Shown: positions 1 to 9,183, numbered from the stretch's first letter. The stretch is 64,000 nt of DNA from an uncultured delta proteobacterium (GCA_963737265.1 CAVTRY010000014.1:128001-192000); one strand, 5' to 3'. Notes: a model not told the origin generated them from the letters alone. Made by a program: numbers and translations.

Positions 1-1
1 C

Positions 2-241
2 CTCGTCGTACCATCTGCGGGCTGGAGCCTGCTCCTCATCCTCGCCTATCCGGTGCTTGCCTTGCGTGTGTTTAGATCGAGCCGTCGCCGCCGCGGGTTC
101 TCCGTCGAGGATGCGAGTCTCTTCGCCGTGTTCTGTACGCTCTCCAAGTTTCCTGCGGTCTACGGACAATTTCGCTATTGGGCCAGACGCCTCCTCGGCA
201 AGCGCAGCACGCTCATCGAGTACAAACACGCTGGTTTGTGA
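2..241 (+). CDS. 3' end of a probable family 2 glycosyltransferase (runs off the window edge)
   Basis: Open frame from position 2 with hydrophobic segments and a C-terminal FCTLSKFP..GQFRYW..LIEYK pattern seen at the end of membrane-anchored GT2 enzymes. Confidence 0.5.
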   Translation, partial: LVVPSAGWSLLLILAYPVLALRVFRSSRRRRGFSVEDASLFAVFCTLSKFPAVYGQFRYWARRLLGKRSTLIEYKHAGL

Positions 242-246
242 ACCCG

Positions 247-900
247 TTACAGCTTGATCACGCCCTGTCTCAGCGCGAACTTGACCAAGTCGGTCCGGTT
301 ATGGATGTCGAGCTTCAGCATGACCCGCTCGCGATGGGACATGGCGGTCTTCACGCTGATGCCGAGGCACTCGGCGACCTCCTTGTTGGAATTGCCTTCC
401 GCCACCAGCTTCAACACCTGCTTTTCGCGATCGGTCAGGCTCTGATAGCGTTCCTCACCGCTGCCCAAGCCGGGGTGCGGCGCTGCGGGCGCAAGCACAT
501 CGCGGGCCAGCGAAGGGTCGAGCACCAGACCGCCGCGATGGACCGCGCGCACCGCCGAGGCCAACTCCGAGCCGGCGGCCTTCTTGAGAATGTAGCCCGA
601 GGCGCCGCTCTTGAGAAAGCGAGTCACGTACTCGCGGTCATCGTACTGGGTCAACACCAAGATCTTGGCATGTTGGTTTTCGTTGCGAATCGCCAGCGTC
701 GCCTCCAGTCCACCGAGGCCGGGCATGTTGATGTCCATCAGAACGACGTCCGGGTCGAGGTGGCGCGTAGCTTCGATGGCCTCCTTGCCGTCGGCCGCCT
801 CGCCCACCACGTCGAGATCCTCGCACAGGTTGAGAAGCGCGCGAATTCCCTCGCGGACTAAGGCGTGGTCGTCGGCAATGAGAATGCGGATTTTAGTCAA
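247..900 (-). CDS. NarL/LuxR-family response regulator
   Basis: ILIADDHALVREG receiver start, DVVLMDINMP phospho-Asp, LTDREKQVLKLVAEGNSNKEVA LuxR HTH; TTG start with AGGAG RBS overlapping the kinase stop. Confidence 0.95.
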   Translation of the reverse strand: MTKIRILIADDHALVREGIRALLNLCEDLDVVGEAADGKEAIEATRHLDPDVVLMDINMPGLGGLEATLAIRNENQHAKILVLTQYDDREYVTRFLKSGASGYILKKAAGSELASAVRAVHRGGLVLDPSLARDVLAPAAPHPGLGSGEERYQSLTDREKQVLKLVAEGNSNKEVAECLGISVKTAMSHRERVMLKLDIHNRTDLVKFALRQGVIKL

Positions 901-2638
901 GGCTCCTGTCCTTCTCGAAAGATTCCTCGAAAGATTCCTCGAAAGGCACGCGCAGCACGATCCGGGTTCCGGCCTCCGCGGAGGAGAATACCTCGGCCGA
1001 GCCTCTGACGATGGCGAGACGCTCGCGCATGCCGAGCAAGCCCAGGCCGCGCCCGGACGGGCCGGGTTGGGCCACGCTGTCCGGATCGAAGCCATGCCCA
1101 TCATCTTCGATCTCGATCTGCAGGTGCCCTTCTCTCTCTTCGACCTGGATCAGCACTTGCTCCGCGCCAGAGTGTCGGGCCACGTTGCGAATGGCTTCTT
1201 GCACGGCTCGGAAAAGGGTGGTTTCGCGCACCGAGGTCAGTTTGTGCATGGGCTCGCTGACTTCGCAGCGGAACGCAATCCCCGCGGCGGCGAGGTGGTG
1301 GGCGGCCAGCCAACGGATGGCCGGGAAAAGCCCCAGGTCGTCCAACACCGCCGGGCGAAGCTCGTAGATGAGCGCGTGCACGTCGGCAAGGGTCCGGCCA
1401 GCGAAGGCGCGGGCCTCGGTCAGACGCTCGCGTCCGGCATCCGCCGTGGGGGCGGACAGCGCCGCATCCAGTTTCATGCCGAGCGCCGCGAGGGTCTGGC
1501 AAGTCTCGTCGTGCAGCTCGCGCGCGATGCGCCGGCGCTCGTCCTCCTGAGCCGAAACGAATTTGGTCAGAAGCTGCCGCAGCTCCTGCGTCCGCGCCAG
1601 CACGCGCTGTTCGAGCACGTCATGGCTGCTCGTCAGCTCGTCCATGGATTTCTTGAGGGCCACCCGCATCGCCTCCAGCGAACGACCCAGCTGCCCCACT
1701 TCGTCGTCGGCTTGCGCCGGCACCGACGCATTCAAGTTTCCGTCGGCGATGCGCTTGGCCGCGATGTTGAGATCCTTGAGCGGTTCGGTCACGCTGTGGG
1801 TAGCACCCCAGGAGAAAAGCAAGGCCAAGATCAGAAGCAGGGGCGACAGCAGGAGCATCCGACGCCCCTGAAGATTGAGGGGACCCAGCGCTTCGGCGCG
1901 CGGCTGGCGCAGAACGATCCGCCAAGGCGCCAGCGTCAGCTTGGCCTCGGCCTTGATATCGGCGCTGTCATCGTCCGGCGGCACAGTTGGCAGATTGGGG
2001 TCGGTGCTGACCATGACCTGGCCCCGCTCGTCGAGCAAGGTCGCGCTTCCGCTGCCAAGACGACCCTGCCGGAGAACGGCCAGCCAGGTGGGCGCGGCCG
2101 GATTCGCGACCGCGCACACCAGGTTCGTCACCTGTCCATTCCAGTCGCGCACCGGCACGAGCAAGACGAAACGACTGCGCCGCGGGTCGGCCAGATGCAC
2201 CACGCCCTGGCGGCCAGAGGCTAGCGCCGCGTCGACTTCGGGCAAGGCCAGCAACGCTTGGTCGGCCGAGGTCTGGTGTCGAAATTCCTGCCACAGAATC
2301 TTCTTGTCCGAGGCAACGACCACGATGGCGTCAAGGATGGGCGAGCGCAGAAAGGTCGAGCGCAAAGCACGCTTGGCATTCCCGGTCGCCCAATCCTCGG
2401 GCGTTCCGATAGCCGCCGAGAAACCGGCAAGGTTCTCGCGAAGCTCGTAGTCGAAATGCAGCGCCAGGCTCTTGGCCAGAAGCTCGTGCTCGCCGAGGAG
2501 ATGGCGCGAAACATCGTCGATGGTCGACGTTAGGGCCCACGCCGCCAGCGCCATGGGGGCGAGGGCGCCGAAACCCACCAGCAACGCAACCCGCTTGCGG
2601 ATGCCATAGGGGCGTTTTCTTGCAGGTGACGCCATCAT
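893..2638 (-). CDS. HisKA_3-type sensor histidine kinase with periplasmic Cache-like and HAMP domains
   Basis: Two TM helices, HAMP (DDEVGQLGRSLEAM), ERRRIARELHD H-box, EDDGHGF and GLGLLGMRER ATPase motifs; ATGA coupling to the upstream gene. Confidence 0.93.
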   Translation of the reverse strand: MMASPARKRPYGIRKRVALLVGFGALAPMALAAWALTSTIDDVSRHLLGEHELLAKSLALHFDYELRENLAGFSAAIGTPEDWATGNAKRALRSTFLRSPILDAIVVVASDKKILWQEFRHQTSADQALLALPEVDAALASGRQGVVHLADPRRSRFVLLVPVRDWNGQVTNLVCAVANPAAPTWLAVLRQGRLGSGSATLLDERGQVMVSTDPNLPTVPPDDDSADIKAEAKLTLAPWRIVLRQPRAEALGPLNLQGRRMLLLSPLLLILALLFSWGATHSVTEPLKDLNIAAKRIADGNLNASVPAQADDEVGQLGRSLEAMRVALKKSMDELTSSHDVLEQRVLARTQELRQLLTKFVSAQEDERRRIARELHDETCQTLAALGMKLDAALSAPTADAGRERLTEARAFAGRTLADVHALIYELRPAVLDDLGLFPAIRWLAAHHLAAAGIAFRCEVSEPMHKLTSVRETTLFRAVQEAIRNVARHSGAEQVLIQVEEREGHLQIEIEDDGHGFDPDSVAQPGPSGRGLGLLGMRERLAIVRGSAEVFSSAEAGTRIVLRVPFEESFEESFEKDRSLD

Positions 2639-3204
2639 GGCGCGGCCTCGATCATCCTTCTTGCCACCCGGAGCAATTCCACCGTGCGTCCGTTGAAGCG
2701 CAAGACGGTGGCGCCCGATGCGCCAGCCCATTCCATGTCCTGCCAGACCGAGCCATCCGGGAGCGCCTCCGCCTTTAAGGATGCGGAATATCCCTTTTCG
2801 AGCGGAACGGCGATCTCGTGGAAGCTGGGCAGCGGCACGCGCAATGCCGCGGGAATTTCCTTGCCGCGGGCACGGAACAGGGTAAGTCGAATGCGACGGT
2901 CTTGGCGCCACTGCATGGCTACCGAGGCGGCGGGTTCGGGTTTTGCGGTTACGCGAATTCCGCCGGCAAGCGGTTCATAGGCAGCGAAGAGATCGGGGAA
3001 GAGATCAGGGAAGAGGCGTAGGCCCGTTCGCGCTTCCGCCTCGGCGAGGTTTGCACAGAGCCGCACCCCCGACGGTATGCCAGCGAGCCAAGCGGGGATG
3101 GCGTCGGCGGTGCGCAGCACGAGGGCCGTGCCGCCAAGGACAACCGCCAGCACCAGGCCCGCGCGCCCCATGTCCTTCACCGAGTGCCTTCCGTTGTGGC
3201 TCAC
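2635..3204 (-). CDS. Hypothetical exported/membrane-anchored protein
   Basis: N-terminal hydrophobic helix; GTGA/ATGA overlaps with both neighbours. Confidence 0.65.
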   Translation of the reverse strand: MSHNGRHSVKDMGRAGLVLAVVLGGTALVLRTADAIPAWLAGIPSGVRLCANLAEAEARTGLRLFPDLFPDLFAAYEPLAGGIRVTAKPEPAASVAMQWRQDRRIRLTLFRARGKEIPAALRVPLPSFHEIAVPLEKGYSASLKAEALPDGSVWQDMEWAGASGATVLRFNGRTVELLRVARRMIEAAP

Positions 3205-4154
3205 GCGACCGTGAAAAAGAGTATGACACCGAGTCCGACCGCCAGCGCAACAAAACCCCAGCGCGCGGACGCCCCTGGAGATTTCGCGCGTTCGTCGAAC
3301 AGCACGCGGCAGCGGCGTTCGATGGCGTGCAGATGGAGATCCTGCCATGCGCTGGCGCCGAGTTGGTTTGGATTCGAACCGGAGAGGCCTATGACCTTTT
3401 GCAGACCACGCGCTAGAGGACGCGGGCTGCCCATGGAGTGGGCCGCGGTAGCGTCGGCCCGTCGCTCGATTTCTTGCACTGCCGCTCGCGCGACGAGCTG
3501 GATTGCTGGATTGAAGAAAAAGAGCCCGCGCGCAAGCATCAGCCCCCACCCGAGCGCGGGATCACGCCGTGCCACGTGGCTCATCTCGTGTGCCACGGCT
3601 GCTTCCAGCTCGTCAGGCGCCAGCCACTCGACCAGACCCGTGGAGGCGACGATGGTCGGTCGGCGAAGGCCGCGACACATGAGAATCGGCTGCCGGGTGG
3701 CCTCGACCAGAAGTCTAGGGGCGGAAACGCCGAGAACAGCCGCTGCCCGTTCCACGGCGACGACCAATGCCTTGGGGGCCGCGACCACTTCATTCCGTTT
3801 GGCCCTACCTCGCATGACATCCCATGCGAAGGGAATCAGGTCGCGCAAGAACAGTGCGGTTCCGATCAAGGCCAGCGCGACCACCAAGGCGGCTCCTGGA
3901 TGTATGCCCTGCCATTGAATCTTGGCGAAGTGGCTTCCCGAGAAGATCGCGCGTTCATCGCGAAAGGTCTCGCCCCGACGAAAAGGCGCCAGCAGCGAGA
4001 AGAACGGGGTCAGGACAACCGGACAGGCCAGGGCAAACAACCAGAAGCGGAGGCGAATTGGTGCTGCGTGGACAGGGCGCAGCCGGAGAAACGCCAGGGT
4101 CGCCACTGCCGCGACGATGCCGTGAAGGATGGTCTCGGCCGCCAGAGCGCGCAT
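3201..4154 (-). CDS. M56/M48-family membrane zinc metallopeptidase (BlaR1/HtpX-like)
   Basis: TM helices, ELEAAVAHEMSHVARRD (HExxH), FFFNP and EIERRAD motifs. Confidence 0.85.
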   Translation of the reverse strand: MRALAAETILHGIVAAVATLAFLRLRPVHAAPIRLRFWLFALACPVVLTPFFSLLAPFRRGETFRDERAIFSGSHFAKIQWQGIHPGAALVVALALIGTALFLRDLIPFAWDVMRGRAKRNEVVAAPKALVVAVERAAAVLGVSAPRLLVEATRQPILMCRGLRRPTIVASTGLVEWLAPDELEAAVAHEMSHVARRDPALGWGLMLARGLFFFNPAIQLVARAAVQEIERRADATAAHSMGSPRPLARGLQKVIGLSGSNPNQLGASAWQDLHLHAIERRCRVLFDERAKSPGASARWGFVALAVGLGVILFFTVA

Positions 4155-4155
4155 C

Positions 4156-4890
4156 CTATTTCCGAGCGGGATCGTCTTCGCGGTCGCGGAGCAAATCCGC
4201 TGCTTCCTCGGGAAACATCCTGGCGTACTCCAGCGGGTGCTCGTGGCGCATGCGCGCGCGCGAGATTTTGCCGGTGAAGATGGACTTGTCGAAGGGAAAG
4301 ACCTCGGGTGCGAAGTGCGCGTTGTAGAGGTGCCAGATGACGACGACGAGAAAGCCCATGAGGCCTTCATTGCTGTGGGCCACTTTGGCGGCGGGAATGA
4401 TCTGGCCGGGTAGAAAATGCGTGGCCGCGATAGGGAAGAGGAGCACGAATCCCGTGGTGATCATCACCAAGCTGCCGAGCACGAGTCCCCAGTATTCGAA
4501 TTTCTGCTTGTAGTCGAAGCGGTCGAAGCGCGCGCGCACCTCCGAGACGCGCAGGTAATAGCGCAGCGTGATCGCGGCGTCGCGAAAGTCCTTGCCCGAT
4601 AACATCATGGACGACGAGGAGCGGCCGGTGATGACTCCGGACAGCACGGTGACGAGGTGGGCGAGCGTCAACCCGGAGACGAGCACGCCCGCGATCCGGT
4701 GGAAAAGCCGAACCTGAGCGATGCCACCAAGCGCGCTCACGATTGCCCTGGCAAACGCGACATCGTGAAACTTCTGCGGAAACCCGGTGATGACCAAAAC
4801 CGAGAAGAGTACCGTCACGAGCAGGTGATCCATGCGGTCGCGACGACCGAAGCGAACGACGTAATCCGTGTCGACTTTTTTCTGGGTCAT
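4156..4890 (-). CDS. Diheme cytochrome b, FdnI/HydC-like membrane subunit
   Basis: RMDHLL, ITGFPQKF, LFHRIAG, RFDYKQKFEYWG, AHSNEG, WHLYNAH; four TM helices. Confidence 0.88.
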   Translation of the reverse strand: MTQKKVDTDYVVRFGRRDRMDHLLVTVLFSVLVITGFPQKFHDVAFARAIVSALGGIAQVRLFHRIAGVLVSGLTLAHLVTVLSGVITGRSSSSMMLSGKDFRDAAITLRYYLRVSEVRARFDRFDYKQKFEYWGLVLGSLVMITTGFVLLFPIAATHFLPGQIIPAAKVAHSNEGLMGFLVVVIWHLYNAHFAPEVFPFDKSIFTGKISRARMRHEHPLEYARMFPEEAADLLRDREDDPARK

Positions 4891-5966
4891 CGATTCACCA
4901 CTGCACGCCAGAGGTGGAGCAGAATCTGAAGTATGAGTCCTCCCACGGTGAATGGGACGATGAATGCGTAGAAGAGCTTTACCAAGAAGACGAGTGGCGT
5001 GCGGTGCAGCGACGGCTGGTAGTGACTCATCCAGGCCGCCGGAAAATTCTGGGAGGCGCCGGGGTGGCATTTCTGGCAGGTCTTCACCAGGTTCGCGCGA
5101 AAGGCGGGAGCATCCGCACCGGTGACCTTGCCAATGTCGTGGATGCCGTGGCAGTCCACGCACAGGGCGACCACGCGTTCGCTCCCGCTGGTCTCGCCCT
5201 TCGCGCCGAAGCTGGCGGTGGTGCCGTGAAAGTCGGCCAGGTAGGTCGATAGCACGTTGGTCGATAGGCCGTACTTGCCCATCAGCTTCTCGTCGGCGTG
5301 GCACTTGCCGCACAACGCGGGCGTGCTCATGAGCCAAGCCTTGTTTTTCGGGTCGGCGATGTCGTGCGAACGGTGGCAGTCGGTGCACACCGGGACGTCC
5401 TGATTCTGCTGCGTCAGCAATGCCTTGCCGTGGACGCTCCTGGCATAGGCTTGGGAAATCAGCTCGTGACAGCCGGCGCAGGTTCGCGAGATGCGCGAGC
5501 GAGGCTCGGCGGGGCGGGCTATGTCGTGCGAGCCGTGGCATTTCACGCACGTTGGTGCGAAGACATCGCCGCGCGCCTGAAGACCGTAGTGAACGCTGTC
5601 CAGCGTCTTGGTGTAATTCTCGAAATGGCAGGTCTTGCAGGCCTCTCCGAAACTCGAGCGAAAGTGCGCCAGGTCCTCGTAATGGCGTTTAGGGTGCGGT
5701 ACCTCGTCCAGACCGACGTGACAATCGGTGCAGCGCAGGGCCTTGTGAACCGATCCGGCGAGCAAATCCTTGTTCATGAACAAGGGCGCTTCCTCGCCAT
5801 TTTCCAGCGTTACCGTGAGTTTTTCGTCGCCGTGGCAGCTTAGGCAGCCATCGGACTCGTCGGCCATCGCGGCCATGTTCACGGGTGGGACCATGGACGC
5901 CATGACCATGGCGAGCATCCCGACGGTGAAAACATGTTGTGCCGGCCGCAATCTCATCGACAACAT
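4887..5966 (-). CDS. Multiheme cytochrome c (9 CxxCH) with C-terminal membrane anchor
   Basis: Nine CxxCH motifs counted; signal peptide; C-terminal TM helix; ATGA overlap with the cytochrome b gene. Confidence 0.92.
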   Translation of the reverse strand: MLSMRLRPAQHVFTVGMLAMVMASMVPPVNMAAMADESDGCLSCHGDEKLTVTLENGEEAPLFMNKDLLAGSVHKALRCTDCHVGLDEVPHPKRHYEDLAHFRSSFGEACKTCHFENYTKTLDSVHYGLQARGDVFAPTCVKCHGSHDIARPAEPRSRISRTCAGCHELISQAYARSVHGKALLTQQNQDVPVCTDCHRSHDIADPKNKAWLMSTPALCGKCHADEKLMGKYGLSTNVLSTYLADFHGTTASFGAKGETSGSERVVALCVDCHGIHDIGKVTGADAPAFRANLVKTCQKCHPGASQNFPAAWMSHYQPSLHRTPLVFLVKLFYAFIVPFTVGGLILQILLHLWRAVVNR

Positions 5967-6181
5967 TTAGATCATCGTCGGTTCGTGACAAATCTGCGCC
6001 CGCAAGGTATCCCGGCGGCCACAGGCGCCGAAGATATTTCCGATCTACCACCTCCAGGTCCAATTATCGAAAGGTTCGATAGGGTAGATTGCGGCCACCA
6101 ACATGCATGCGTCGCGGAACCACAGTTCTGGGCAGCCGCGTACGACCGCGGAACGGGCAATGGCATGGCTCGGGGCCGGTT

Positions 6182-6423
6182 CGGTTCGGTGGCGCCCTCT
6201 TTCGCGGGCGGACGTTTTTCGAGCGCGGTCTTGGCGCGTACTACTACGCCGCCAAGTGGCTGGTGGCGCCGCTGGCCCATGCTTCGGGTGGCATTCCATT
6301 GTGGAATCCCTTCTTCGCCTCGGGCCAGCCCTTCGCGGCCAACCTCGAACACGAGCTGTTTCACCCCCTGGCCACGCTCTTCCTCCTGCTTCCTTTCGAA
6401 TGGGCGTTTCGCTTGCAGGTCAC
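6182..6423 (+). pseudogene. Fragment of a YfhO-like (GT-C) membrane protein gene
   Basis: Frame reads GRTFFERGLGAYYY..GIPLWNPFFASGQPFAAN..LFHP, typical of the N-terminus of YfhO-like proteins; no credible start; stop at 6446-6448. Confidence 0.55.
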
Positions 6424-6444
6424 GAGACACCCCCTATCCCAATC

Positions 6445-6484
6445 CTAGGGTGTTTTCCCTAGACCGCTAGGGACTTTTCCCCAA
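6445..6484. promoter_or_regulatory. Two tandem palindromic operator-like boxes
   Basis: CTAGGGTGTTTTCCCTAG (6445-6462) and CTAGGGACTTTTCCCCAA (6467-6484), 22 bp apart. Confidence 0.55.
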
Positions 6485-6582
6485 CGGAACCAGGGATCGG
6501 CCGCATTGGCGAGACCAGCCCTGAGGTGTAGCTTTAGGTCAGAAGCAAATTACGGAATCTGGGGACCGAAAAGGAGTACGAC

Positions 6583-6987
6583 ATGACAACCGCAGGCTCA
6601 ATGGTCAAGGGTGGTTTCTACCTCAACCGAGACAAATGGGACATCCTCACGGTCGGCGGCAAGGAAGGCGTGCTGCCCGGCGCGGCGGGCGAGCGCTATC
6701 TGCGGCTCCCAGTGCTGGCGGTGGTGTTGTTGGCGCCGCTGCTCGGCGGTCTTTTCGTGGTGTTTCTTCCTTTCATCGGCTTCGCGCTCGTAGTGCAACA
6801 CCTGGCTAGGCTGTCGCTGTCGGGCATGAAGCGCGCCGGTCGTGGTCTGGTCTTCGTCATCACGCCGGCCTGGCGCCCGGGCGAAGCCTACTTTGCCGGC
6901 AAGGAACACGAGCAAGAGCACGCCAAGGATCCCGCCGCATCCAAGGTAGACGGAGCGATCGACAACGACAAGAACCCCCAAAAGTAG
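6583..6987 (+). CDS. Small hypothetical membrane protein
   Basis: Strong AAGGAG RBS; long hydrophobic hairpin (LPVLAVVLLAPLLGGLFVVFLPFIGF); WRPGEAYF motif. Confidence 0.8.
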   Translation: MTTAGSMVKGGFYLNRDKWDILTVGGKEGVLPGAAGERYLRLPVLAVVLLAPLLGGLFVVFLPFIGFALVVQHLARLSLSGMKRAGRGLVFVITPAWRPGEAYFAGKEHEQEHAKDPAASKVDGAIDNDKNPQK

Positions 6988-6988
6988 C

Positions 6989-7888
6989 TCAGCGAAGCAA
7001 GGCGTAAATCGCCAGGCCTGCGATGACAAGACCGATGGTCACCGCGGTGGTGCCTATGATGCGACCGACGGTGATGAGCGCGAGCGACGGCGGCTCCGCG
7101 AGAACCTTCTCGAGGGCGTCCTCGGCGACCAGACGCTCGTACTCGGCCGGGCGTTCGTGCTTGAGCTCGTCGACGGAAACGCGGCCTGTGAAGATCACGA
7201 GATCCATGGGGAACTTGTCCGGCCGCAGGTGGCCGTTGAAAAAATGCACCGTGAAGATGAACACCATGGCCATCAGGGCCTCTTCGCCGTGGACCACGAG
7301 CGCGATGTTGAAGACCCAGCCGGGCAGAAAGCGGGCGAAGAAGGCCGGGAACCACAGCATGAGGCCGGACGTACCGATGATCGCCATGCCCCAGAAGACC
7401 GCCCAGTAGTCGAACTTTTCCCAGTACGAATAGCGATCGAATCGCGGCTGGGGGCCGAGCCCAACGAACCAGCGGAAGTGCTGGACGAGCTGAACCAGAT
7501 CGATGGGCTGCGGCACCAGAGATTTCGGTCCCCACAGCATGCCGTAGTCCTTGCGGACGAACAGGCGGTGCGCCAGCCGGGCCAGATGGGTTGCAAAAAC
7601 CAGCATCAGAGTGACCGCAGCGATGCGATGAAGAACGCCCGTCACGCGGTAGCCACCGAGAAGATTCGCCAGGGTCGTGGCCCACGGCGCCTGGGGGAAC
7701 AGCAGTGGGATGCCGGTGAGAGCGAGAGTGAGGAAGCTCGCCATGAGCACGCCGTGAATCAGCCGGTCGTTGCGATGGAAACGCAGAACGAAACGCGAGC
7801 GCGGAGTCTTGCCTGACGAATCGGTCGACGAAACCGGCGCCGGTCCGGATTGCTCCGCCGCTGGCTGGCCTTTGCCTACTTCCGTCAT
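6989..7888 (-). CDS. Diheme cytochrome b, FdnI/HydC-like membrane subunit (paralogue of 4156-4890)
   Basis: RLIHGVL, LTGIPLLF, VLHRIAA, RYSYWEKFDYWAVFWG, VHGEEA, VHFFNGH. Confidence 0.88.
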   Translation of the reverse strand: MTEVGKGQPAAEQSGPAPVSSTDSSGKTPRSRFVLRFHRNDRLIHGVLMASFLTLALTGIPLLFPQAPWATTLANLLGGYRVTGVLHRIAAVTLMLVFATHLARLAHRLFVRKDYGMLWGPKSLVPQPIDLVQLVQHFRWFVGLGPQPRFDRYSYWEKFDYWAVFWGMAIIGTSGLMLWFPAFFARFLPGWVFNIALVVHGEEALMAMVFIFTVHFFNGHLRPDKFPMDLVIFTGRVSVDELKHERPAEYERLVAEDALEKVLAEPPSLALITVGRIIGTTAVTIGLVIAGLAIYALLR

Positions 7889-9183
7889 GGCGCCTTTCCC
7901 TTCGCTTGCATCCGCCGTCGAAGAATTAGCGATCGGCCAAGCCACAGCATCGTGTGCAGCCCGAAGAAGGCGAACACGCTGATGAGCATGAGCTTCATTC
8001 CTTCCGCAATAAAGTAAAGTAGCGGATTTCGCTCGCGGCTGTGCGCGTCGGCGTGGGGATCGTAGCGAGAAAACTTGTCCGAGGCGCCCGCGTGACACTT
8101 GCGGCAGGTGTCGGCGCGCCGGCCGGCGGAGATGAGGGATTTGGGATCCTTCTTGGCAAGAATCTCGTGCGTGCCGTGGCAATCCGCGCAGGTGGCGGCT
8201 CGACTGAAGCCCAGGGCGGACACCTTGCCGTGAAAGGTGTCTCGAAAGGTCCGAATTGATTCCTTGTGACAGGTGCCGCACTCGTTGACCAGGGCCATCT
8301 TCCAGGTTGCGTCGACAACCTTGATGTCATGGGCGGTGTGGCAGTCCGCACACTCGGCCGCGCGGGGATTTCCCTCGCGCAGGGCCGCTGCATGCACGCT
8401 GGTCTCGTAGATGTTGCGGATGCCTTCGTGGCAAGCTCCGCAGGTCTTGGAAATATTGTTGCGATTGACCCGGCTCTTGTCGTCCGAAGCGCGGCGAATT
8501 TCGTGATTGCCGTGGCAGGTGGCGCAGGTGGGGGCCACGAGCAGGCCGCTCTTGTTCAAGGCCCGACCGTGGATGCTGTCCTCGAAGTGGGCCGGCACGT
8601 TGCCAATCGCGATGTGGGCTTTGGCGATGACGGCCTCGTCGGCGTGGCATTTGCTGCAAGTGGCGAGGATATTGAAATGGTAGGTCTTGGAGAGCGGGTC
8701 TTTCGAACTACGAATGTCGTGGATGCCGTGGCAGTCGCTGCACCAGGCGGCGGCGCTGTCGCTGGACTTGCGGCGCGAGCCCGCGTGAACGCCAAGATCG
8801 TAGGCCTTGACGGCGTCTTCGTGGCACTGCGAGCAGTTGGGCTTGGCCAGCTTTTCGCCGTGAGGCAGGTCTTTCCCTTGCAGGTCGACGTGGCAGTCCA
8901 CGCAGGCCAGATTGATCTGTCCATGCACGGACTCGGGAAAGGTGTCGCTTACTGCGGGAATCGCGCGTCCCTTGCTTCGGTCGACGCTGTTGCCGTGGCA
9001 CCCCAGGCATTCGTCGTTGGCAGGGGACAACGCCGCGGCGGCCACGGAGGCGGGCACGGCCGGCGGCTCCGCGGGCACGGCCGCCCCCAACGCACGCCCC
9101 GAAAACACGACCAAGGCCGTCGCGTAGGTGCCCAGTTTGATCGCGGTCTTCAAACCGCCAAGGTCCATCGTCGTGAGCGCCAT
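7885..9183 (-). CDS. Multiheme cytochrome c (11 CxxCH) with C-terminal membrane anchor
   Basis: Eleven CxxCH motifs counted; signal peptide; C-terminal TM (FAFFGLHTMLW). Confidence 0.92.
   Translation of the reverse strand: MALTTMDLGGLKTAIKLGTYATALVVFSGRALGAAVPAEPPAVPASVAAAALSPANDECLGCHGNSVDRSKGRAIPAVSDTFPESVHGQINLACVDCHVDLQGKDLPHGEKLAKPNCSQCHEDAVKAYDLGVHAGSRRKSSDSAAAWCSDCHGIHDIRSSKDPLSKTYHFNILATCSKCHADEAVIAKAHIAIGNVPAHFEDSIHGRALNKSGLLVAPTCATCHGNHEIRRASDDKSRVNRNNISKTCGACHEGIRNIYETSVHAAALREGNPRAAECADCHTAHDIKVVDATWKMALVNECGTCHKESIRTFRDTFHGKVSALGFSRAATCADCHGTHEILAKKDPKSLISAGRRADTCRKCHAGASDKFSRYDPHADAHSRERNPLLYFIAEGMKLMLISVFAFFGLHTMLWLGRSLILRRRMQAKGKAP

Noticed and set aside
611-2224. Long antisense or alternative-frame ORFs (also 9469-11097, 16134-17705, 21200-23542, 44873-47122, 60109-61788)
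   Set aside because: Shadow ORFs of well-supported genes in high-GC DNA, with no recognisable motifs
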